64,000 bases of DNA, taken from Octopus sinensis. Its lineage: Eukaryota. Of this stretch, positions 14,371-27,362 are shown piece by piece; the first letter of the stretch is position 1; each line of letters starts with the position of its first letter. The translations under genes were made by a program, and so were the position numbers. Location of the stretch: positions 38,750,001-38,814,000 of the forward strand of contig NC_043002.1 in the NCBI RefSeq assembly GCF_006345805.1, given 5' to 3'. The notes beneath the pieces are model-generated. The model was not told the origin of the DNA. It did no database searches and was given only the letters and a program-made list of their open reading frames with translations.

Positions 14371-15119
14371 TAATTTTTAAATAGAGGACATGACCAAAAT
14401 CTGTGCAGATACATACATCGCCCTTCAGTGGTTATATAAGAATACCCCCACCCACTTTAATAAGCACTTATGTAAGCCTTTGTTAATTATCAACTTCAAA
14501 CTGATTCCTCAAAGCCGGAGCTTGTTTGTGCATCGAATTGGAACATTTTTCAAACAACCTCACATGTTTTACATGATGAGCTTCACATATGTAAAAGAAA
14601 TAACATTCAACGTGTAGATACAGACTCATGATGTGTTTTATTTTAGTATTTTGTTTTAGTTCTTGAGTACATATTTTTTTTTTATATATTTGGTCTGGCA
14701 AATGCTGCTTCTTGAGACTGATAATGTCTCTATGCTACCGTGGTTCTCTGCCGCGTTGTAGATTTGTTTTAAATGTCACGTCATAACGATTTTGGCATAT
14801 TACGCTTTATACATATGAAGTACACAAATCTCACATCCGCTTTGAAAAGTGTCCAAACATAATAACAACAAAGTTAAATATTCCCCACCCTGGTAAAACA
14901 AGCTGTACTGTATAGTACTTCCGTTTGTAAGTACATTACAAATATTTGTAAACTTAGATGTTTTCGTTACGAAGGGTAGGTGGTCACAACTGGAATGAAT
15001 TTGATTAAAAAGCATTCCAGTTATTTATCCAATCAAAGCCAACCCGGAACTAAAAGTAAATCGATGCTTTCTTTTAATATAGCTAATAAAATTAAACGTC
15101 TCCTAATATCGGTTTCAAA

Positions 15120-15320
15120 TTTTGACATATAGCCAGCAATTGGAGAGTAGGTCGATTTCAACGACCCATTATTCAACTGATACTTATTTTATCGACCATT
15201 GAAAAGAATAACAGGGAAAGTCAACTTCGGCGGAATTTGAACTCAGAACGAAAAGACATACGAAATGCCACTAAGCATTTTTTTTCCGGTGCCATAACAA
15301 CTTTGTTCGATCGCCGTCTT
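15120..15320 (-). mobile_element. Old family A SINE
   Basis: TACTTATTTTATCGACC...GTCAACTTCGGCGGAATTTGAACTCAGAACG. Confidence 0.75.
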
Positions 15321-16395
15321 ACATTTCTCGAATATCAAAACTGACAAATTTTATTTTGATCTGAACTACCTCTAGATCTGAAATGTATAGAAAACATGAA
15401 TGATTACTATATCAAAGCTGATTTAATCGTTTTGTCACTAAATTTCTGGGAGAAATATAGTGCTTTTTATTCAATTTATTCTGAAATTAATAATGAATTT
15501 AGTAAAACATTGTTGTTATTAAGTTGGGGTTTTGAATATAAATTTATGTGGAATAACGAGAAGCTTGTGTCAAAGAAACAAGAGCGGTCTTAAGCAGGTT
15601 GGTATCAAAAACGTGCTTTTTGCGGCAGTTAATGAAGAATAACACAGATTAAAGTCCTAAGTATTGAACATGTGCTACAGATATTAATGGGTAAAAAGAT
15701 TTAAAATAAATTCATAGATAATTTATACGAGAAGCTATCTTTCATTTGAGGCTAGGAATAAACATACATATTTTTTTTCAAACATACATTATGATATATT
15801 AGTCGATTTTGCTTGTTATGTATTTAACTAGCATAAAAATGTGATGCAGACGAAAACAAAACTGAAATTTTTAACGCAATAAAATTTATTTCTATATATT
15901 AACACTTTAAATAAGCTTAGCTCTAAGTAACTTAAAAAACAAAAACAATCAATATTTATAAATTAAAGTACGTTCGAGTGTTACATTTTAAGCAAACTTA
16001 ATTGTGGAAAGAAATCGAGGATAAAAACGAAATGTTTTATATAAGAAAACGATGTAATAAAGATCTATACATTTATATCTATACAAGAAGAAAATGAAGA
16101 CGTATAAAACAGAAATTTCCATAGGTAGTGTTAGTTATAATAATTATTTGATAGTTGTGTTATTTTTCAACAAGGATATATATCATGAGAGATATAATAT
16201 CAAAATAAGCAACAAGGATATCCAGAGGTAATAGAAGTTTATTATGTTGAAGTAGAGACAGCATGTTCTTTGTCTATCTCCTGAACTTCTTGGAGATTTT
16301 AGGTATAATTATACTAATATATCTATCTGTTCTAATCTAATTAAATTATATGTCTTTGTGCAGCTGAACATTGCTGGGATTGTTCAATTACATGG

Positions 16396-16733
16396 AGTTG
16401 CTTGAAACGATCGTACTGCATTACCTCTGGATATTTGTTTTTTTTTTATTTTGATTTTAATCACCTTACTTTGAAATTGTATAGATAATACCGTAATAAA
16501 TTCTGATGCCTCAACTTAAGTACCATATTCATCTGAATCTAAAATTTTTGCTGAACTCAAGAAAGTTGCTTGAAACGATCGTACTGCATTACCTCTGGAT
16601 ATTTGTTTTTTTTTTATTTTGATTTTAATCACCTTACTTTGAAATTGTATAGATAATACCGTAATAAATTCTGATGCCTCAACTTAAGTACCATATTCAT
16701 CTGAATCTAAAATTTTTGCTGAACTCAAGAAAG
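16396..16733. repeat. Exact 168-bp tandem duplication
   Basis: Units start at 16396 and 16564; I found no differences between them. Confidence 0.95.
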
Positions 16734-17966
16734 ATATAGATAGCAAGAGAGATAGAGCGGGAGTAGAAAATAAACTTACAATTACAGAAAGGAGAAAATC
16801 TACGTGTAAGTTAACAAATTCCCGTTATAAATTTCCTTACAAACAGAAGTATTACATAGTACATTCTTTATTAATTTATTTTACCTGGCAGGAGAGTGCA
16901 TAGTTTTCGATTTAACTTTGTTATTCTTATGTTTGGACATTTATCAAACCGGCTATGGGATTTGTGTACTTTACATGTATAAAGAGTTAGATGTCAAGAT
17001 TATTGTGGCGTGATATTTAGCACTCTGTAAAGGACGCCAGCGAGCCATAGTAGCATAGAGACATAATGAGAATCATGAAGATACATACATCATGAGCTTA
17101 CATCTACACGCTGAATGTTATTTTGTACACATATCAAGTTCGTCAGACAAATAGCATGAGTTTGTTTCAAAATGTTCCAATTCGGCGCACCTAACAGGAT
17201 CCGACTTTAAGGAATCTGCTTGGAATTGATATTTAACATACATTGATAAAAGAAGTATGAAGGAACAGAAGCCCATAAAACATTAACTAATGTTGAGATA
17301 ATGAAAGAACTCATCAATAACGACAGTAACATAAGTGAACCTTAGAATGTCAGGAACATTACATGATGCGCAGTGAAAGATGAAATTTCTGTCGAAAGGA
17401 AAAGCGATAAACCATGTGTGTATTCGGGCATTTGTATATATGGGCGTGGCATAATTGTAGCAAAATTCGCATTACAAACACGAGGTTTCACGTTCGATCC
17501 CAATACAGCATCTTTGGCAAATATCTATCACAGCTTCGGGTGGAGCCTCTCCTTATCACTGTAACGGGATAGATTGACCGATTGTCGCTTATTTTCTTAT
17601 ATATTGTGAGCTGGAGCAAACTACTGCTATCTCTAGCGGACGAGTATCCACCACTGATGGTCAGCACAAATACCTCCTTTTTGTACGGTCTCGTCGTCTT
17701 GTCGCTGGAATATGGTTCGCTCCCTGCTTGCAATATGTCTATCGGATGCATATTGCACCGAATAAACAGCTCGAAGAGACATCCTCCGGGGATTAAAATG
17801 GCAGTAACATCGCTTCCTCTTGAACAACGATGTTGAAGTGGCGATAAAACATCACTTCTCTGTATAGTTACTGCTTTCATCTCTATAAGAGATTTTCTAA
17901 CTAGCTAATTTGCTTATATATATGTACATGCATACATAGGTATCTATATACATGTGTATGTGTGTG

Positions 17967-18136
17967 TAGCCACTACACATTTTTTTCTCTCCTCGTTTCT
18001 TTCTGTTTCTTTTCTGTGGAAGAGCGTAGGCTCGCAACGTTAAAGACTTTTTTCAATTCCCGAGCTTTATACTGATACATCTGTTTGTTTCCTACACCAC
18101 CTGTCTTCGTCTTTTGTTTTTTCGTGAATTCTCCCT
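17967..18136 (+). mobile_element. Short non-autonomous repeat with a minimal hammerhead-like motif (Penelope-derived?)
   Basis: Second copy at 50210-50380 (minus). Motif here is CTGTGGA-A-GAGC-GTAG-GCTC-GCAAC-GTT. Confidence 0.6.
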
Positions 18137-18162
18137 ATGTGTGTGTGTGTGTGTGTGTGTGT

Positions 18163-18472
18163 GAGGCGCAATGGCCCAGTGGTTAGGGCAGCTGACTCGC
18201 GGTCGTAGGATCGCGGTTTTGATTCCCAGACTGGGCGTTGTGAGTGTTTATTGAGCGAAAATACCTAAAGCTCCATGAGGTTCCGGCAGGGGTTGGTGAC
18301 GATCCCTGCTGTGCTCTTTCGCCACAACTTTCTCTCGCTCTTTCCTTTGTTGGCTTGCTCGCTTAGCCAGCGGGGTGGCGTCATTTGAAGGCTAAATCAA
18401 TGCGAAGCGCATTGTGACCAGCGATGTGTAGCAACATCTGATAGCCTGGTCGGTCAAGGTGATCACAGTGAT
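18163..18472 (+). mobile_element. tRNA-derived SINE, family C head with tail type 1
   Basis: GAGGCGCAATGGCCCAGTGGTTAGGGCAG A-box region; head and body shared with 21853-22155. Confidence 0.85.
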
Positions 18473-18641
18473 ATACATATATATATATACATGTATATAT
18501 ATATATAAAATTAGAAAAAAAAACACCTTTTATCAATTCAAAGTGAACAATTAAATTACACTATCTAGAAATTACATATAATAGAAAAGTTAAATTAAAA
18601 TAACAATAAAATGTAAAGATTAAGTAAATTGCAATAATAAT

Positions 18642-18676
<35 letters not shown>

Positions 18677-18694
18677 TACATATACATATATATA

Positions 18695-18803
<109 letters not shown>

Positions 18804-19409
18804 TTATACATATAATCAAATGATTAATCGCAGGCGATGGATAATTGTCACCTCATTATAACTGTTTCTTACGCATTTGGTAAATAGGAGATTGCAAAAA
18901 CCGTAATGATCAGATGAAACATAATTTCAAAAGCAAAAGAGTATCCCAAGAATACCGTAGGGACGCGGCTGAAGTCTGTAGAGGCTTGCCATGAATGGGA
19001 GAATTACCAACAAAATTGGCCGTTGTGGGCATTAACGGGTAGAGCTAAGTTAAGAATTTAGTTTGTGAAAGGATGTAATATGATATTTATGGTCAGCGTA
19101 AGAATTTAATTTGTGAGCGTACGAAATAGCTGTAACGAGCTGACAATTATCAAACGTCTGGTAGTATTCATTTGATTACAATACACCATAGGGATTAACG
19201 ATACGTCGGACACCCTTTAGTATACCAACAACGTAGAATCAACGTAACGTGTGCTTTGCACCAGCCCCTAGACGCTAAATACTCATAGGGTTAGTTTTCT
19301 CTGTGGACACAACTGTAATATACTATTTCATATTTATCAACTATAGGTGGTGACTACAAGTTTATCCAACCCTACCTGGCACATATCTTTTCAAGTACCC
19401 GATTCTAGT

Positions 19410-19412
19410 TGA

Positions 19413-19446
<34 letters not shown>

Positions 19447-19449
19447 GTT

Positions 19450-19543
<94 letters not shown>

Positions 19544-19590
19544 TGTTATTATTATTATTATTATTATTATATTATTATTATTATTATTAT
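19410..19590. repeat. Mirror-ordered compound triplet repeat (ATT)-(AGT)-(AGC)-(AGT)-(ATT)
   Basis: Read directly. Confidence 0.95.
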
Positions 19591-21231
19591 ATACTCGTTT
19601 TGTTCAACAGAGGCAGTGTTAGTTTACAATAGCAATAAGTGTATTATATTTAATGCAGATACATCACAGAAACACGAATGCACTGCAATATTCGTTCTAA
19701 GATGATATTTCTTATAAACATACAATTCTAAAGAAAGACAAGAATTTATCAATAGTAGATAAAAATCATCAAGAAACGAGGGTTGTACAGCTAGATACGC
19801 ATTTCTGCATCTTTGGATTTCTTCAGTGCCCAGTGGAAACTACGTGTTAAGACAAAAGACGTCATTATTGATACAGAAAAACAGTGATTGAAAAACCATT
19901 GCTGCTGCAATTAGAAAGCTGGCTTATTTTTATTCATAACCATTATTTCTATACACACCTATGTATGCATCATATCTAATGTATACACACTGCTGATAGG
20001 CCAGTAACTGTGGCATTTGTCCTGAGATAACATCTCTTGTCGATATGCGGTATTAAAAGCAAATTCTGTATCAAAAGTAGAGGAAAATATGACCCCAACA
20101 AGAGCAAGAGAGTCTCAAGTCGCATTTTAGCCTTTTTGAACCTTATTAATGTCACATACTTGCACTCAGCTACATGCTGGGACAAAACCTTGTCGTCTTC
20201 AATAAAGGAAACAAACAGTAAATAAAACATACACTAATATTGCAAATAGCCGCCCAGGGTGAATTAAAATCAGTATACGCAATTGAGGTAGTGTTAAATT
20301 TATGCATATACGCATGTGTATGTATGTTTGTGTGTGTGTATGTGTGTGCGTGTGTACTGGATGGTCACATCTAAAAAATTTATGATAGACCTGCTCGATG
20401 CGTACTGACCTCAGGTCAAACTGATTTACAATGTATAATCCCAGCTCAATTTGCAATATGTGCTTCTTCGAAAAAGAAAGCATATGTAGACGAGAATAAC
20501 TATACAATACAATAAACAACAAACTTCGTAAAATTAATGTGATAGAAATTCATTTAATGAAGATGACTTTTAAGCAATTTCTCACCAGAAAATTCAACTT
20601 CTTCCTTGCTTTCGTAATTTATAAGCACTTTATTTATAACTTAGAAAATATGCAATGAATTGTGTTTCCGTAACATACATTTATGATGTCTGCGTGACTG
20701 TAATTTTTCCTTCCACATCACAATGATTAACAGCATTCGTGTGATAGCAATTTATGGTGTCTGTATAACATTGATTTATAAAATCTTTGTTAAATATTCT
20801 ACTAAGTTTTATTGTCGTCTAAAAGTTTTACTGTTATATAGAAGTATAATGAAAGTTATGACCGTCAATGCAAACAATAGACTTGTTGCTAAAGAAACAA
20901 GGCATTTTAAATTGGAAACGGTTTTCTAGCTTTGGGCAGTTTTTTAACTGGTTGTCTGAAATACAATTACTTAAAAATATTTCGGATCTAATTTTGTAGG
21001 GGACCAAACATTTCAGGTATTTATTACAAATAAAGAATTCTTTAACGAAACGAAACCTTTTAAAACTCTTCAAAATGCTATTTTGAAACTAATGGATTAT
21101 CTATTTTGGGAAATGGTTAATTGAGAAATTTGAAATGAAATTTGACAATTTGGGAGATTTTGTCAAAATCCTAATAGCCTATTTTAGCTAAAATAAGCTA
21201 TTTGGGTTTAGACAAGATTTGGGTTTTAGCA

Positions 21232-21354
21232 ACAAAAATTACGGTCATGCTAATTGCTGTGAATAAAAGTTTATAAACTTACTCCAGTTTTAAAGTGCCT
21301 TATATATGTTTATAAACTTATTATCATAGCAATTAGCATGGCTTTAATTTTTGT
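21232..21354. repeat. 123-bp imperfect hairpin (47-bp arms), MITE-like
   Basis: 21232-21278 is the reverse complement of 21308-21354 with several mismatches. Confidence 0.85.
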
Positions 21355-21672
21355 AGTCAAGAGCCACAACAGTGATTATAGTTTAACTCCAGATTAACGC
21401 CGATTGAAAACGCTCCGATTGTGGCCATCCCATCGTTTTCTTTTCAGATACGGCACATTTACAAATACATTCTCCGTTGTGACCTTTATTTCAAGATGGG
21501 ATAGTATTTCAGAAAGAATTGGCTCCTTATTCTACCACTTCTATAAACAGAGTAGATGTTTGCTGAGTCCTAAAATTTTAGTGTTTTGGAAATTTTCTTT
21601 TTTTTATCTTATGGAATTCTTAATTTCATTCCACTGTGTGAGGAAAGCTAATGAAGCTCGTTCTATTTATGT

Positions 21673-21726
<54 letters not shown>

Positions 21727-21852
21727 CTGTTTTCGTTTTCTGTGTTTGTGTTTGTGCCGTGTTTTTCTACCACCACCGCTTGGTTTGCTTACTTCCCCGT
21801 AACTTAAGAATTCGGCTGAATACACCAATAGCATAAGTACAAGTGTATTAAA

Positions 21853-22155
21853 AAAACGTCGCCATTTTCAAGCCTAGCCAGGCTCATGGGCCCGATTTCT
21901 GTGGTGTATGTGTTCCCCCCAGCTGGACGGGACGCCAGTCCATCGCAGCGTTACTCAAGAAACAGGAAGAGAGAATGAGAGAAAGATGTGGCGAAAGAGT
22001 ACAACAGGAGTCTTCACTAGCCCCTGCCGGAGCTGTTTGGTGGAGCTGTTTGGTGTTTTCGCTCAATAAACACACACAACGCCCGGTCAGGGAATCAAAA
22101 CTGCGATCTTCCGACAGCGAGTCCGCTGCCCTAACCACTGGGCCATTGCACCTCC
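21853..22155 (-). mobile_element. Family C SINE with V-domain-like tail, nested in an older family B SINE, with target-site duplication
   Basis: Tail GCGATGGACTGGCGTCCCGTCCAG. Flanks AAGTACAAGTGTATTAAA (21835) and AAGTACAACAGTATTAAA (22156) match at 16/18. Confidence 0.85.
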
Positions 22156-22593
22156 AAGTACAACAGTATTAAAGAAAAATAAGCCCTGAGGTCGATTTGT
22201 TTGAATAAACCCTTCAAAGCATTACTCTAGTATGACCACAATCCAGTACCTGAAAAGAAGTAAATGATTTAAGATAAAGATATGACTGATGAAATAGTCA
22301 AAAGTAATAATGCTCACAACAGAGGGTGACATTTATGAGGATTATATTATCAAAATAGTTTTACAGCTCCTTTCTCTGCGTGATAAGCGGGTAAGTCTTT
22401 TAACCGTCATTTTGATACGTAGTTGCTATTTCCAACAGCAACTTTACTTATGTTGATCGCGTTACAACAAAGCAGTTTTGTATTTATTAATGTGTGGGTT
22501 TCATTTACTATTAATAATGCAATGAAAATTTTAATATTTTTGAAATAGAACACCGAGAGAAAAGTATTATATAAAATCGTTATCACGGTTTGC

Positions 22594-22629
<36 letters not shown>

Positions 22630-22869
22630 TGTTGCTATATACAGTTGAAACATTCCTGTCACAACCTGAGCCCCTAAAGACTGCTTTACTGCAAGAAAGT
22701 ATACTAGTCCCTTAATATTTGATATTCAATATTTCATCTATTCAATACGACGATCAATACTTCATTTCATTTTATGATATATACTATATATACTATATAT
22801 TCTATATTCTACATTAATATTATAAAGAATATAAATAAAACATAAAAAACAGACTTGGAATTCCTTTGA

Positions 22870-23172
22870 ATAATATATATATATATACACACACACACAC
22901 ATATATAGACATACAATCAAATAGATACACATTACGAAATACACGCATATGTGTATACATCACTTATCTTTATCATTTATATTAATAAATGTATAATTTT
23001 ATATATACACAGATAAGGAAATAATTTTATTCTCAAACGCAGGATAATGCTAATAATATAGCGTAAACAGGATGCGTTTGAGAATAAACATATTTCCTTA
23101 TCTGTTATCTTTCAATACAACTCAACGCTTCTAAAGCAAACTTTGTTGACTTTCAACGCAAATTGAATATAA

Positions 23173-23208
<36 letters not shown>

Positions 23209-23233
23209 TGTATGTATTATGTATGTATGTATG

Positions 23234-23291
<58 letters not shown>

Positions 23292-23575
23292 TATATAGAC
23301 ATACAATCAAATAGATACACATTACGAAATACACGTATATGTGTATACATCACTTATCTTTATCATTTATATTAATAATGTATAATTTTATATATACACA
23401 GATAAGGAAATAATTTTATTCTCAAACGCAGGATAATGCTAATAATATAGCGTAAACAGGATGCGTTTGAGAATAAACATATTACCTTATCTGTTATCTT
23501 TCAATACAACTCAACGCTTCTAAAGCAAACTTTGTTGACTTTCAACGCAAATTGAATATAATATATATATATATA
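22870..23575. repeat. Near-identical tandem duplication of about 390 bp bounded by TA/TATG tracts
   Basis: The anchor TAGACATACAATC occurs at 22906 and 23296; I saw 3 differences. Confidence 0.92.
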
Positions 23576-23650
23576 TGAACATACATATATATTTATGTGT
23601 GTTTGTGAGTGTGTGTATGTGGTGCGTGTGTGTGTGTATATGTGCGTGTT

Positions 23651-23690
<40 letters not shown>

Positions 23691-23902
23691 AGGTCGGGTT
23701 GTGAATGATAGTTTTAGAGTTCGTAATTGACTAAACGAAAAAACGCAGAAATATTTTCGTCCTGAAATCCAACGACGTCATTGATGATCCGGTATGTGCT
23801 TTCACTCCAAATGCACTCGAGCGTGTTAAATATAACTTTAATTGAATACATACATGCATATATACATACATGCATGCATACATACATACATACATACATA
23901 CA

Positions 23903-23933
<31 letters not shown>

Positions 23934-24321
23934 CCATATATACACACACACAAACAAACACCTTGAAAAATGCATTTATGAAACTGAAATCACATATCTT
24001 TCCAGGTGAATGCATTATTGCGCCCACATTTCTGATTTAGTTTCTTCTTTCTCAAACTGTATATGTGTATATGTGATGGAAATTCTTATGCAATTACGCG
24101 ATGTATGCATTTAACAGAACTCGCACAAAGGCAATAAATTACGAGATTTGAATATATTATTATCTTGTACATGTACAGTTTATACAACAGAACATCATAT
24201 ATATCTTTTCTCACCCTCAATTCTGAAGTTATAAATAAAAACAATTGAAAATTAGATTTAAAGATCACTTTGAAACATTTTGTAGAGTACATAATTTCTT
24301 AATTGTTGCATGAGAATAGTT

Positions 24322-24367
24322 GACAACGACTTCGAAGTTTCGGTTTACTAACCGCCATCAGGCTGTC
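24322..24367 (-). ncRNA. Type I hammerhead-ribozyme-like motif (minimal, Penelope-like retroelement type)
   Basis: GACAGC-CUGAUGG-C-GGUU(AGUA)AACC-GAAA-CUU(CG)AAG-UC-GUUGUC. Stems I, II and III all pair and there is a GUC triplet; core A9 is changed to G. A diverged inverted copy lies at 24367-24405 (+). Confidence 0.7.
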
Positions 24368-24419
24368 TGATGACGGCTAGAATGCGAAAACTTTGTAGTC
24401 GCTGTAAACATTTTCATTG

Positions 24420-24461
24420 CAACTCACACAGAGCCAAACACACACACACCACACACACAGC

Positions 24462-24511
<50 letters not shown>

Positions 24512-24533
24512 TATGCAAACACATCCCTACCCC

Positions 24534-24622
<89 letters not shown>

Positions 24623-24788
24623 GGCAGGCAGGCAGGCAGATAGATGGATACACAGACATATATGCTCATATATAATACAAACATAAATACATAATTCATA
24701 CATACAAACATACACACACACGCATATATACATACATACATACATACATACATACATACATACATACATACATACATACATACATACA

Positions 24789-24820
<32 letters not shown>
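24420..24820. repeat. Compound (CA)n/(GATA)n/(GACA)n/(TACA)n microsatellite
   Basis: Read directly. Confidence 0.95.
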
Positions 24821-25199
24821 CGCGAAAATCTCTTAGTCTTTAGTTCATAATGTTTTAAACTTTTAAAAAATTGTCGGTTTAAAACATCAAAAAATTATAT
24901 TCATTTGCCTAATGTATTGGAAAATTATCTCATATCGACTCGTTCACTTTCAAATAATATTATTTAATCAAATCAACTACAATTTCCTTTAACAAGAAAT
25001 TGATCAATTAATTATTGCTTTCTTTTGTTCAGGTATCCATGTTTTAATCTATATCTAAGTGATAAATTTGTAATTTGAACAAGTATAACATTATGCCACT
25101 ATGGTATCCAGTTAATAAATTCTGTGATCTTTTATTATCTACGATTTCTAACTGCTGCTAATTTACACAAGTTTTCTATAGCATAAAAGCTCTGAATAT

Positions 25200-25900
25200 T
25201 TTCACAGTAGTTTTCTTCAAAGAATCCTTTAACTATTGACATAGCAAGTTTAATTTCTTTTGTCGAGACGGTTTGCACCAAATCTTCAACATAACCTTCG
25301 TAATTGCTCGCATTATTATCCGTTTATTTTTGCGGTTTCATTCATCATCACGTAGTGTCATATACTCTTGAAGCTGTTCTTCGGTCTTCACTGCAGGAAG
25401 ATTAATTGTATACTTTTTCTTCAGATGATTCAGATGAGATGCATCTATAGCTGTAAAACCAAGGCCATTAAAATAATTGATCTATTGTCGATGTTTTGAG
25501 TGGGTTCTATAATTTTGTTATTAGACAAATGAAATCCAGTAATGTGTTTCTTCTTAGCAATACAACTTTCTTCTTTCGATGAATCATTTCTTTGTTGATA
25601 AATAAAGCCATGTGATAAATAGATTTCTTATCATCCAGGTAATCTTGCTGTTTTATGAGCCATCGAAAGTGTCTTCCTCTGAAGAGAACTAAACCTTTTA
25701 CTCTCCTCGATCTTTAATATCTTTCTTTCGTCACTTCCTAATGTTTTGAAAATCCCCATAATAGTAACTTTCTTTTACTAGTCATTTCTTTGTCTTATGC
25801 ATTCCGTCTTTGGGAGACAAGGAAGGCCCTTTGGCTGAGTATCTTCTGCACGATTTATGTTATCAGAATAGTGAGTTTCGAATCTCAAGTAATACTGCAG
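25200..25900 (-). pseudogene. Decayed ORF-like sequence, probably a transposon or virus-like protein remnant; family not identified
   Basis: Protein-like runs (YFNGLGFTAIDASHLNHLKKKYTINLPAVKTEEQLQEYM; NYEGYVEDLVQTVSTKEIKLAMSIVKGFFEENYCE) broken by stops and frameshifts. Confidence 0.35.
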
Positions 25901-26701
25901 ACGTCAAGTTATCAGCTGTGCATACATATATGCATATGTGTATTTGTGTATATATATATCTATGTCTTACCTATATATGTCTATATATGTATATAAATAT
26001 GTACATGCATCTGTGTATATTTTAGTGTATATATGTGTATTATAGATGGTTTACTATGTGTATATACTGCGGAAAAATATTTATTTAATACAGCGTGAAA
26101 TTTTTAAATTTTAATTTTAATGTATTAATTTATTTATATTTTGTATAAAATTATCTACCAGATCTATTTAGAATTTATGCTTCAATTTAAGGCTTTCTTC
26201 AATTTTACAAGGGGAATTTATACTGAATTTATTTTGTTCATTGCATGCTTAAGACCGTTAGTTAAAAGACCAATGAAACAAAGCCATTTTCAAAGGTGTA
26301 TCGTTTAAACTAATTTATATTTGAATATATCGTCATTTCAGTTCAATTCTAACAAGATTATCCGACGAACGGGAACGTGAAACTCTGAGTAACAGTTTTT
26401 GTGATATTTCTGCAGCTTTTAATAAAGTATATATATATGTATAATATATATAAGTATATATATATATATATATATACGTATGTATATATATATATATTCG
26501 TACGTTCTTAAGTCTTTCCTTGTTTGGTTTGCAAAATAGTGGTTTTGTCTCAAATAATACTTTATAATATTTTACTATAAAATTGGATTTAATCCTAAAT
26601 CTGATTTTTTTTCCCTGTAAATTTGGATATATTCCCTAATATTTATTATTATATATATAATAATATATATAATATATTATATATATATATATATATATAT
26701 G

Positions 26702-26733
<32 letters not shown>

Positions 26734-26737
26734 TTAT

Positions 26738-26771
<34 letters not shown>

Positions 26772-26869
26772 TAATATATATATATATATATGTATGTTAT
26801 GTAGATATGCAGCGATTATTCTTATATCTATAAGAATACCATATTAATATGGCGATAACAATTAATATG

Positions 26870-26901
<32 letters not shown>

Positions 26902-26907
26902 TCTATA

Positions 26908-26940
<33 letters not shown>

Positions 26941-27002
26941 CGTATGTATATATATATTCGTACGTTGTATATATATATATATATGTATATACATATATAT
27001 AT

Positions 27003-27362
27003 TGTTACGAGGGGGGACCTCCGAAAACTGTTACGGAATCCCTCACACAGGCCCGTTCGATGCAGCAAATGTTTTCGCCACGGAAACTCGGAGAGGAGAG
27101 AGAGATACAACAGCAACAACAGCAGCAGCACAATGGCAACCGAGAGTGACACAAAGAGGCAAGGCAATTGGCTTACATTTAACAACTAGTTTATATGACA
27201 ATCAATCGTTACAACATCAGTTACATATCAGGTGCATTTAAAAGAGGACATGCCAGTAACAACTCAGTACATTTGGGCTGTAACTTTTTATTCCAGACTT
27301 GCAGGCGCCACTCCCAACAAAGTGGGTCGAGAAATACTGCACCAGCCGAACCATTCATAGCA
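27003..27362. mobile_element. Possible solo LTR inserted in (TA)n
   Basis: 360-bp GC-richer block starting TGTTACG and ending CA, with TA tracts on both sides. Confidence 0.35.

Larger units (their letters stand above)
14724..17064. repeat. Diverged inverted repeat pair of about 180 bp (14724-14898 and 16879-17064)
   Basis: ATGTCTCTATGCTAC...AAGTACACAAATC...TGTCCAAACATAA...AACAAAGTTAAAT is present on opposite strands. Confidence 0.8.

Noticed and set aside
14890-14990. Possible fibrinogen-like-domain exon (CDHLPFVTK...) linking to the 13187 chain
   Set aside because: The similarity is remote and its weak donor lies inside the diverged repeat at 14724-14898.
17582-17880. Overlapping ORFs on both strands
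   Set aside because: No identifiable domain; at most a faint LINE-like LEYGS motif.
19991-20465. KCHSYWP suggesting a protein tyrosine phosphatase exon (20065-19991), with neighbouring exon-like units at 20196-20160 and 20465-20410
   Set aside because: I found no other PTP motifs (DYINA, WPD, HCSAG), the neighbouring units have atypical AAG acceptors, and their phases do not give an open frame.
25010-25040. Recursive splice site (pyrimidine tract-CAG|GTATCC)
   Set aside because: The reconstituted donor is weak, the host gene strand is unknown, and such motifs are expected by chance in 64 kb.
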